DNA of 64,000 nucleotides, filler included, from Basidiobolus ranarum (Eukaryota): NCBI GenBank assembly GCA_040143965.1. It is 4 parts of 4 records of this genome, joined end to end, with 100 filler letters (N's around TTAATTAATTAA, not from the genome) between each part and the next. Parts side by side here need not be neighbours in the genome. Positions count along the whole stretch, not along the records: positions 50,437 to 64,000 come from JASJQH010000476.1; 3 more parts are not named here. One strand, 5' to 3'. Shown piece by piece: positions 52,992 to 64,000 of this stretch (position 1 is its first letter; each line of letters starts with the position of its first letter). The notes under the pieces were generated by a model. It saw only the letters and a program-made list of their open reading frames with translations, ran no database searches and was not told where the DNA came from. The position numbers and the translations under genes were made by a program.

Positions 52992-54594
52992 GGGTATATA
53001 TTTTTGTCAAGGCTTCTCTATATTGATACTACTTATGAATATTGTTGAAGTGCATGTTTTATACTAGATCAATTAATTATCCTTCAGCATTATTTAAATG
53101 AGAGAGTATTGATTTTGCATCATAACTGAGCCTCTCATTATGAGTGATGGACAATATATCTTAAATACACATATGGTATGTTTCCACAATATCCTAGCAA
53201 CTCAAGATTACATTGTATTGTACCAGATAGTGCTGTATGTAGAACCAGAGTATTCTAAAGTTTGTGGCTCGATTTGGCACTTTCAAGCAGCCTTAGTGCA
53301 ATACGATAGAGTAAGAATGATTTGAACTGATTATGCCTAAGGTCTGATAGTTCCAGGCTTGATGGAACAAGTCTAGTATACACGCCAAAACCAATTCTTC
53401 TGGGTCACAGTCCTGTAATTTCAAGAATTATCAAAAAACCCCTTCTAATGGCCAATCCATCTTCTCCCAATGGGCACAATTATCGCCACAAATGGATGGC
53501 AACAGCGACGGCTATACATACCTGGTTCTAGGCTATATTAAACTTCTCTTCGCACTAGTACTATTCAAATATTGTAGAGAAACCTATCTGAGCGAATTCC
53601 TGTTGGTGAGGGGGTAAAAAACCATCCTAATACTATTTTTGAACTATCAAGCACAAACGAGTAAGGAATCCAAGCTTGCAAGCATATCACCCGAGTCTAT
53701 CTTCAACCACACTTGCATATCTTTTCGGCACCATTTCTCGAAAATTTAAACTAGATAGGTGGTAAATGTCTAATGTTCGGTTCTTTTGTTTTTTTTCCCT
53801 GTCGATCCTGTAGATCACCCTCTTGGCCAATGATGATTCTCTAACATGTACGAACCGTGGGATGTCATCACCACCATTAGGACTGAACTAAACCAAGATC
53901 AATGCCTATTATCTAATTTGAACGGTATCAGATATAATATCTCTATTAATCCATTACTCTAGATGTTAATCATGCTGTAACAAATATTACATTCCAAGTA
54001 TATTTGGGTTACTCGAGATTCAAAAGCACAAGGATGCCGGAACTGCAGAGAGGTTTGGGTTATAGCAACCTTGGCCTCTCTTATCACAACACATAAGGGT
54101 TCTCTAGTAATTCTAGTCATGGCTGGACGTAATACTGATCTATGACGACACGATGCATCTTCGAAGCATTGGCATAGTGATATTCTTAGAGTTTACGTTC
54201 AAGGATCCATGACGTATCTTCGAGGTGATAGAAGATGTTTCATAACGATAGCTTTGGTGTTCCATGTATCAAGAGGGTACCTCTTATTTGAAGCTACATC
54301 AATGTCATCTGACTAGTGTGGCAGATCCACACAACAAACTCGTTGTTTACATAACTGTTAAGTCATACCAGGTAGGCAATGTTTTTGTATCAAAGTGTAT
54401 ACCAGAGTTGTCACAAACTTTATAACAGTCACACACTCCCATTCTGTTCCCATGTAACTTCCATCATACTTGAGTAATTTCAAAGTTGTCATCATCTCTA
54501 GCCCTAACCTACACCTAAAAACATATGTTTGTAAATTGATAATATTTCAAATTGATTATTGAATAGTTCACTACTACCCTTAGAGTAGCTTAGA

Positions 54595-55984
54595 ATGATG
54601 CAACTTCTTTCTCCCCCCTTACTATCTGCCAAAGCTAGAAGAGTTGAAGTCTATGATCCCTATTTATCTTACACCGTTAACGAACTCAGAGACATTTTGA
54701 ATGTGGAAATGTATGTCAATGTAGAAAAATTAAAAAGAGCTTCGCGACGTGGCATCCCAGCAGAAATACGAGGGGTAAATGGCATTTATCAATTATTCCA
54801 AGTGTTGTGTATAACCTTTTAACCATATGGACGAAATATAGGAGGTATGGAAATTTCTATTAGGCGTAGAACAGTCTGACCGATGTATGGGGGTTTCTTT
54901 AGCATATACCTTTCTTTTAGAACCAATGGTAACCAAAGCTATACATCCTTGTAGCACAGGAATTATCCAGCAGTAAAGCAAAATCAGATGAATACGCACA
55001 ACTAGATAAAGAGATTCCTGAAAGCTCCAAAAGAATACGGGGAGAAGTGACTAGATATTTGAAAAAGCTGGGAAAGCATGAAGAGATATCCAAGTTTTTT
55101 ACCATCTTTGAAAATGTCATCGGTGCTTATTTGAATAGTAACAAAAATATCGAGTATTCACCAGTGCTGGTGCATATATGCGGACCATTTGTGGAGTGCT
55201 TAACGGAGGAATGGGATATTTTCTTTTGTTTTGAGCAATTAATGAGTCAAGTTGGTAAGTGAAGTGGTCATTTACTCGAGTTCATTTGAACTTGTAAGCT
55301 CGAATAACGATTAAGCAGTCTCTAATGCGATCTTATTTTTACAGTGGAGTATTCTGAAGAACACGAAATCAACGAACGTGTGGCCAAATTCATGACGTTA
55401 TTTCGAACACTATTGCCAGATTTGTATCCTTTTTTGTTCATATTAGATTTCAGTATCCTGATATTCCCCATCAGACTATTGCGTATCGATAATCCTTAGC
55501 TTCTACATTAATCAAGGTATAATTATTTCCAAGAGGAGGAAGTTGAATTTAATGAGTGGGTCGCCTCATGGAACATGTACCTGTTAGCTAAAGAGTTGCC
55601 ATTAGATTCCTTATCACGACTGTGGGATACCTACTTTTGCGAGGCCGATTTTTTAGAACTACATGTTTACGTTTGTCTAGGTACTGCCAACAAATCATCA
55701 TGTGATATCCATTGACAACGCTAACATATATGTTTGATTGTTCCGGTAGCTATTTTAAAGCACTACAAAGAGAGTCTGGAAGATTTGGAGCAGTCAGAAA
55801 TCCATGCTCTGCTACTCAGATTACCTGAACTGGATATAGAGCAGGTAGTAGAGATACTTACAAGCCTTGGTATAGCTCTCCATTGTACTCACAATACATA
55901 TTATTCATGAAATAGATTATACAGCAGGGTTTCAATATGATGCATGAGATTCAAGAACGCGAGATTTCAGATATAGTAAACTAA
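54595..55984 (+). CDS. TBC-domain (Rab-GAP-like) protein, multi-exon
   Basis: EKLKRASRRGIPAEIRG|EVWKFLLG, FFCFEQLM, FRTLLPDL|YNYF, LLAKELPLDSLSRLWDTYF, LHVYVCL|AIL. Confidence 0.88.
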
Positions 55985-58900
55985 CTTCCCCAGACACCCA
56001 TTTTAACATTTCCCTGGACCCATTTAACTCAGTTCCAATGATGTATTAAACAATCTCACTTCCAAGAACATCTCGGTTCTAGCAACTATAATAGATTTTT
56101 GCGCTCAAGCAGTTAGGATCTTATCCAATAGATGGCTAATAACATGTACACCTACGCAAGAATACTCAACCATTACGGCTAGACACTCAATTAATTATCT
56201 CTCATGTATTGTTTGTTTGGATTAATCATCTACAATCAGAATATGTATGTACACTGAGTTACGTATCATACTTGATATTGGCTCAATTCATGTATCGCAT
56301 GCTTGCAGTATCTCAACGAAATGTAAAATCCGGAGTTGCAGTTAAAATGCACCAGTCTAGACATATATTTAGCTTAGTGATTCCATACACATCACCAATT
56401 GTGCATACTGAGTGCACTTTATAACAGTGTTGGAATGTTCTGTATCTTCACCAGAGTTGATAGTTGACACCATCATTTGTTTAGCAACAAACAAAAACAC
56501 CTTGTACTCTAAGGCACTTCATCATCCAGATCCAGCCAGTAAGTGTCATCAAAGTGCACCCCAATCACTGATAGCGTAGTATGTCCATATCCTGTCATCA
56601 TTACTTCCATAATGGTGATCTATTTGATTTCAAACCCTGCGTAACAATCAATGACAAGTGACATTTGGAATAGGGTATATAATCCATCATTTTCTAGAAG
56701 GTTGCAATGGTAAATGAAGTATGATGTTTAGGAACCGAAGCACTTAGGCACGCGATACCAGATTGGCGCTTGGTGAATTACTGATTCAAAGAATTTCCAA
56801 GACAGCGCTCTATTTTCCTGATTTCATGTAGTAACTGCAATACATTTCTTTCGTCAGATCTAGTTTGGATATGGGTAATTTAGGTTTAATTTCGGCTACA
56901 CCTTTAGTGAGTTTGGATTGGATTTACAAGTGTACTTGGCGTTGCATTCATCCATACAAGGAATATCCTCAGGACCATCTTAGATGTAAATTGCAGTTCA
57001 AAAGCAGCCCTTGATGCGGCTAGAATACACTTTGGGACTTGCACACTACTTGGGGTGGGGTACATGAAAGTCAAGTCTCTTTATTGCCAGTAGGGAGACA
57101 GCTCGGAACATTAATTGATCCTTTCTAATTGCCACCACTAATCCTACTCCATGGTAAATTTGGATTCTCAGTGTTTTAATAAAAACTATCGGCATCCAAT
57201 CATTGAGTCCTGTCAGAGAGAGACAGTAGTTGTTTCGGTATGACGACTCTCACACTGTACTACTCTGGTGGTTCTGGTAAATCTTCATACGTTTGTGCTG
57301 TGATTGATTCGTATCATGCACCCTTCTTCATTAGCTCCACGCACAATGAGACTATACAGCATATCTTACCAATCCTATAGGTTGATGTGCTGTGACTATA
57401 GTAAGATATATAGGATCACCATAACAGCCCAGCTGCAAAACTGAGCTTGTTTGGCGCTGGGCTAAACACCAGGAAAGGAATAGAATAGGATCCCAAACGT
57501 ATTTTCAGCTAAATCTAACCTAATTAGCACTGTAATGAGTCTTTGTAACTAGCTATGGAACCTGTTTACTAAGCTACGAGGCCAATGAGACCAGCGAATG
57601 CATAAACGACTGGAAGCACTTGTGAAGTAGCAACCATCATACCATCAGTTTACTGGAATTGCAAGTTTACGCAACTTAACTAGTGCGATTTTGTCAAAGA
57701 CTTGTTTGGATATATACTGGGACCACTCGTTCACTTTTAAGCAATCTCAGCATATGATTCAACTTATCATGCTTAACTCGACTGCCAACAGCCAGTGAGA
57801 TGAAACTGGAAATGGGTCTAAGCTCATTAAATATGTAGATTTGGGTTAATAACATGCCACAAGACCTTAAAAGCATTTAAAGAAAACGATGCAAGGGCAT
57901 TTTAGTGCCAATCAGATAATAAGGAAAAGAGGGGTCATATTGGTTGATCTTTCTCTGTACGACTGGTCAACACGTTGTCTAGGACGCCTTTTGACACCTT
58001 TAAGGGGTGCGGGAACTAGGTAGCACAGATAGGTCAGTTATTTGTTGAACCCCTTACTATCTTCGTCCACTCCCATAAATGGATAATCACTTTTTCCAGT
58101 GGAATGGCATTCTGGAGAGAGCGGGTCTATTCTAGAAGAACTCATGGACTCTCCTCATAGATATATTTACCGAAGCGGGGATATGCGGATGCATACGATT
58201 ACTCTGGATCCAATCTATCAGAGCATCACCATATGATTCATTGCAATAACCAGCTCCAATGGCATTCGACTACGGAAGTCCATTGAGTCCCAGGATACGA
58301 TGAGTAAGATGCAAATTGACTATTTTGCCATTGGAATAGAGGGCTGAGCTCACTAGCCCCACAATGAACGTATGGGCGCTCTGGTTGGAAACGGATTAGG
58401 AGTGAACTTTAATTTGCTAGAGAACCAAGACAATGCATACATTGCGACTCTAGATTCCTGAGGATACTTGACAAGCCGTGCACTTTAAATGGTCATTAGG
58501 AGGAAGCCTCGTGATTGCTACCTGCTTCTTTGAAACTTGTATACAATTACTAGCGGAATCCATTGGAGCTGCAAACTATCTTCAGATCAGAAGAAATTGA
58601 GCCTGATTTGGATTCACCGATTTCGAAGATTCACGGATACTATGGCCTTCGCTAAATGATCTTCATGGTGGCAAATATGCTAATTTTGATGTTGGTACTA
58701 GTAATATATCCCAATGGAGGTGAGGTCCATTTTGAGGAGAAAAGTCAATCTGAAAAAGTCTGGTCGAAATCTAGTCTTGCTTGTTACACATCGCAAAAAG
58801 TTCCAAATATGTTCAGATGGAATACGACTTCGGTGCGGGTGGTCGCGCGACTCTTGAAACAAACAGGTCTTATGGGTAATAATGCTGCGTCGAAGATCCT

Positions 58901-59205
58901 AGGAAATGTCCACAGGACTTGGGTCGGGTGTCCGCTACTTGTCAACAAGACATCAATATTCAGCCCTTTGTGCATAGAACCAACATCTCACTTAAAACTA
59001 TAAATATTCCTTATAATTGCTTGATTCAGCGATTGCTCCTTTTATGGAAGTAAACCCTCGAAGTGTTTAATCAAATTTTGACAACCCAATCAAATTCTTG
59101 GATTGCTTCAACTGGTTTTCTTAATAAAAATAATGTTACGACCTTAAGTACAATAAATTTAAGTCAGTATATCTATCCCTTCCTGGTTGCAAAAAATATG
59201 TTCTA

Positions 59206-61445
59206 ATGAGGCCTCTCTACTCTCCCTTTTTCACCCTCTGTATCTTCATATACTTCCCTATCATTTCTCAAGCTCGTTTCTTGTACAATAATGTCGTCTA
59301 TCCTTCCCATGACTTGTATGGCAATTTCCAAAAGAATGCCTCTGTAATCTCTCCTAATTTTTACAATTTTACCGGCATATTTGTACAAGCTCGTTTCCAA
59401 GAAAATCATCATTGTCAACTTTCAAATATTTTACCCACTATTACGCTATCTAACAGCTCGACAAACCAAGTGACGGGAACTGTACTTTTTATCTCCACCG
59501 AGGAGATACTAGCGCACGGTTGTAACGGCTTTTCTGCGGTATGATATACAATGTTCACTAGTAGTTATCTCCCCCAGCTAATCAATTCATTTTACAGGTT
59601 GTTGACCAGCTGGAAAGTTTCGCACCGATTGTTGAACAGAATAAACTTCCACCACTGAGCGTAGCATTATTCTCCTCTATTGGGCCACAAGAGGAGGAGT
59701 TTGGTGGTCCACAAGAGCCCTATGGGGGAAGGATACCTACTTTACAAAATATCCACCTTGCAATAGTTAGTAGATCGGTTGGAAACATGCTCTCTCACGT
59801 AACATTAGGGCCTGATCCGTACATTGCTCTCATAACTCAAGGTTAGAGGTTCAAATAGTATCAACTTCGAGGGAATAGAGTTATTAACACAATTTAAATG
59901 AAAATATAGAACCTGGCCCTTGGAATGTGGAGGATACTTCGTACCGACTGGCTTTGCATCGTTGGTCTCTCTTTGTTTTGGTAAATTCGATATATGAACT
60001 ATAACATGGGAAAAGTTTCTAACAATAACGTGATAATTAGACATTTTTCGCATTGATTTATGCCTTCTATCAACTTATCAACCTATTTTACCAAGAGGGT
60101 TGGCAATTTGATACACGGATAATTCTCTATATTGCTGCTTTAGTGGTTCTCAATTGTATGCTAAGTATAGTTAATGCCTGTTCCTTTTCACATCCATACT
60201 AACAAGAAAATTAGCGTCACTTGTTTCTCTTGCCATACGAGGTCAATCCAAGGGTATCCGTATTCTGACCAGTGTAGCTTGGTTAATAGGTTACAGCGCT
60301 TACAGTGCAGTTCAGTTAAAATGGTATTTTTTTCATCAATATAGTGTATAATACCTCCTTTCATGTACTAAATACGTATTATACCATCAAGGGGACAAAT
60401 CATCTCTAAACTATTCCCTAACGCTGTTTTCAAAGCGTCCTACTTCTTTATCATCTTCGTAATGATCAATTATGTCGTTATCACTGTCTTGAATATTTCT
60501 GGCGTTATGGTCACATTAGAGCAGTTTGAGTATGCTCGTGGGATTATCAATGCGATTTATCTCCCACTACTAATGTCACTCCAAGCCTCTCTGTTCATGT
60601 ATTATGGTAAGCTCGTGTCGTCAATGGTGTACACTCTTCTCATGCTCACTCGGTTCTCTCCATCTAGCTATGATGTACAAGCGTGGTATGAATGCTTTCC
60701 CTATGACATCGCGTACCCGAGTTAGCTTACATAAGGTAATGATGATCGTCGTAAGTTGGCATTTATCACTGTCTAACCAATACTTCTAATACTCTAGCTG
60801 GCATTACTTCTAATTTTTGCCGTTCTAGGCTTCATTTTCGAAGCCATCTCTCAATTCCTTCGCAATGGAAGTTTGGTGACCAGCATTACTGGGAATATTC
60901 TTATCCTAACATTTAATACACTATCACAACTCGCCCTATTCAGCCCAGTTTTTGCCATTCTTTCCATTCGAGGAACAGAGGATACTGCTACCTACGCAGC
61001 TATCCTTCAACGAAATCGTAATGGATCATCATCCTCCACCCACCGGCACGCTAGCACTACTCATTCAAACAAAACAGAGCCTACAAACCGTTCCCAAGCT
61101 CTCACGCATATCCACTCACTTCCACACCATAACCCACAAACGCATTCCTTTCCTATAAACAACCCTGTCTCGATGAATAGATACGACTTGGGACTCTTTA
61201 ATCAAGCCGAAGATGATTATTCCTCGAACCGGTCTGTCTCAATTTCACTAGACCAGCTCAGTTCTCCACGGTTTTCGAGGTTGGAAGATATCTCAACTGT
61301 TATAACACCCCTTACTCCACCTCCACCTCGACGACGAGAAAAACCTAAATCCCAGGCATCTATCAATGAATTACTGAATCATGATAGCTCGGAGAAGCAA
61401 AACACATCTACTGAAGCTACCACCTCTACAGTAAGTCTATCATAG
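59206..61445 (+). CDS. Signal peptide + PA-like ectodomain + about 7 TM helices + Ser/Pro-rich tail (GPCR-like membrane protein), multi-exon; the 3' end may extend via an intron at 61431
   Basis: N-terminal signal and N-glycosylation sequons. EPGPWN precedes about 7 hydrophobic segments assembled across GT-AG introns. Low-complexity cytoplasmic tail. Confidence 0.7.
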
Positions 61446-62257
61446 CACTCAATTCTCTTCAGCCAAGGTAGCAAATAACTAATTATTCTTCTATTATTCA
61501 CTAGTCTGGAGAAACGGTAACTACACGTAATCGTTGACTCACCCACTCTTACTGAATACTAACATTTTCTTGTAACGTTTTAAGGAATCTCATAGAGTTT
61601 CATTCTTAGAAAACCACTCGGATTCTCAGATTGACGACGCCAGCATTAAAAAGGGTTGACTAGACAAGTAGCTTCCAAATCACATGACCGATTGGAATGT
61701 GCCTCACTGAGGATGTGAACTATTCATTCGAATACACCTGTCACTCATCTCACCTAAAATGTTGTTATGATGTAGTTGCTCCATATGTATATAGAAACCA
61801 CTTTTTGCACCTTGAAATTCGTCTTACCCATTCATTTACCCTAATATTAGTCTAATTATTGCAACCCTATTACCACTATATTCGTATGCAAGTAATAGAA
61901 TAGTCATACACTCAGAAATCGGGGGATGGATCTCTTGATGTGATAGAAAATTCATCGCAAATCATATGTTACATATTAAACACTAACCCATTCGAAAATT
62001 TATCCTATTCAATCTATCCAATGGAGTGCCTCCTCCGAAGGGATAAGCTTGAGTTGTTGAACAACATATGACAATCATGGAGCGTACTGGTAGCAGTGAC
62101 TATTTTGATTCACATTTCTTTGGTTTCCTTTTAGAATGCGTAACAGGTGTATGTTTTAGTTCTATCTAAATTTGGAATATTTTCCCACCTAGTATACGTC
62201 ATCAGTGGTAGTGGTTACTTGGATTTAGGTACTGAGTTGATTCATCAAGTCAAGGAG

Positions 62258-62288
62258 AGGAAAGGAAAGGAAAGGAAGGGAAAGGAAA
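62258..62288 (+). repeat. (GGAAA)n-type purine microsatellite
   Basis: aggaaaggaaaggaaaggaagggaaaggaaa. Confidence 0.85.
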
Positions 62289-62425
62289 TAATCGAATTTC
62301 TCATCGTCTGGATTTAGAATTAGATTTGGACTCGCTTTATGAATGGGAAAATATTCACTGATAAATGCTTTAGGCTCATATATACTTTCCGTAATGAGTA
62401 TTTTACAGTTGGCATCTTGTTCTGC

Positions 62426-63500
62426 TTTCGGGTTTGGAATAGTTTTGAATTTTTCAAATTCTGAGAGCTCACATTCAGGGCAAATACTTGAAGTTTGAAA
62501 CTCGTTCAACAACAGAACTTCGAAGCCTGCTTTTCGCAGCATACGTCGTATTCCCTTCATGAAAGTTCACATCTGCAGATGACCAGTTATCTAATACTAA
62601 AATAGCATCTTCACCAAATTTCTTAAAACTGTTTGCTAATTATTGGTCAGATTGTAGTCTATTAGTTTTGCTATAGAACTTGATTTTTCTGAAAAGTAAA
62701 GCCAGCCTGTGCTTGATGGTATCTTCCAATTCATCTACCATTTTATGGCGATATTCGTATTATTTCTTGGAAGTTTCTTCAGAGCTGCTTAAACAATTGG
62801 TAGCTTCCTTTACCAAGGCATCCAATCTTTGCTTCTCGTCCATATTAAGTTTGGAAAAACTACATTTATCTTGAAGGACAGCGCGACTGCGATCAACAGA
62901 TAGTTTGAAATTGCGCCTAGCTTGGGAAAGGTCAGTAGCGGGATCAGAACAGTAAAGCTAATAGCAACGCCTGCGACAACATCAGCAGTATTATCTATCT
63001 ATGATGGTTCAAGATAGTAGTATCTAATGTCATATAAGAAGGGATAAAGCCTTTTTCGCAGTGGGAAACAGTTAAATAATTTCACATTATTATCTTCACA
63101 CATTTTGCAAGCATATAAAATGTGCGTGAATGCTGCTGTGGGTTTGCTTTGGCGTTGTAGTAAACAGAAACTTGTAATTGTTGGGGTAAGCATCCAAAAA
63201 GTTTTGAATTTGCTGCATAGCCATATCATCCAAGAAATTTACTAGGGCAGTTGGTACAGTTGTTGAAGATATTTCTGCTTTAATCTTATTGCAAACATCA
63301 TGTATATTGGGTTTGACTGAAGTTTTTATTTCCTCTTTTGAGCAGCTATTGTTTTTCTTAAGTCAGCTTCTTGATCTTTTCTTTTTTTGATAAAACCTTA
63401 TTTAGAAGCATTCCAAGATGATTTCCAAAATGAAGAGCTACATTATTAATTTAGGTGATAAGAATCTTGGTACTTCCATATATTGTTATTTGTTGAGCAT
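62426..63500 (-). pseudogene. Degenerate Fanzor (eukaryotic TnpB-like RNA-guided nuclease) relic
   Basis: Collinear motifs across frameshifts and stops: AQQITIYGSTKILIT*INNVALHFGNHL; FLDAYPNNYKF/SVYYNAKANPQQH; FNCFPLRK/GFIPSYMTLDTTILNHH; LFRKIKFYSKTNRLQSDQ*LANSFKKFGEDAILVLDNWSS...FHE/KGIRRMLRKAGFEVLLLNEFQTSSICPEC...FKTIPNP. Confidence 0.82.
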
Positions 63501-64000
63501 GTTGAAATTAGCATTGCCTAAACACCTATATAGTCATATAGAGCTTAGTACTTAGTTATCTTATATTTCACTAAGATATTATCCATTATTCTCATGAGGA
63601 ATTTACTTAGAATATTGACACCAACTTAGAAGTTCTCAGATATATAGATTTTTCAAACTTGTGCTGGAAGCCTTAAACTTTGCACACATGTTTCTGGGAC
63701 CTTCCTCAACATATTCTACACATTAATTTGTTTACATCTGGACAAAACTATAAATGTCAACTCTCCACTCAATAAATCAATAAGTGAAAACTGTTGAAAT
63801 TAGCATTGCCTAAACACCTATATAGTCATATATAGCTTAGTACTTAGTTATCTTGTAATTCACTAAGATATTATCAATTATTCTCAATCGGAATTTACTT
63901 AGAATATGTTTACCAACTTAGAAGTTCTCAGATATATAGATTTTTCAAACTTGTGCTAGAAGCCCCAAACTTTGCACACATGTTCCTGGGACCTTCCTTA
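63500..64000 (+). repeat. 292-bp tandem repeat (unit 1 at 63500-63791; unit 2 from 63792, running off the window end)
   Basis: Both units start tgttgaaattagcattgcctaaacacctatatagtcata and stay collinear, with scattered substitutions, through ctgggaccttcct. Confidence 0.95.

Noticed and set aside
56100-59100. Short ORFs (60-115 aa) between the TBC and 7TM genes
   Set aside because: No recognisable protein features; likely spurious.
63500-64000. Possible CRISPR-like array next to a TnpB-like gene
   Set aside because: The units are 292-bp whole-unit duplications with no short repeat/unique spacer alternation.

Overview
Eukaryotic, AT-rich genomic DNA with short (about 55-100 nt) GT-AG introns. 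It is inferred to come from an early-diverging fungus (Zoopagomycota/Mucoromycota-like), because fungal Sho1 and Hst3/4 genes co-occur with NME6, RNF5/185-like and GDP-fucose synthase genes. The window consists of four pieces joined by artificial 100-nt linkers (N44-TTAATTAATTAA-N44). About 24 protein-coding genes can be supported. These include housekeeping genes (RPS18, RPL19, mitochondrial S19, TRS120, sirtuin, NDPK, TBC RabGAP), two Sho1 paralogues, surface proteins (a mucin with a CBM19-like domain and three tandem GPI-type proteins), and bacterial-type enzymes (O-methyltransferase, FruK/LacC-like PfkB kinase). The most notable signal is a broken Fanzor (eukaryotic TnpB-like RNA-guided nuclease) relic on the minus strand at about 62.4-63.5 kb. 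It is cut at its 5' side by a 292-bp tandem repeat that recurs at 16.6 kb inside a fold-back structure. A fossil LINE reverse transcriptase lies at about 30.2-30.9 kb. No tRNA, rRNA or CRISPR array was seen. Exon boundaries were read by eye and are approximate. Family assignments come from recalled motifs, not database searches.
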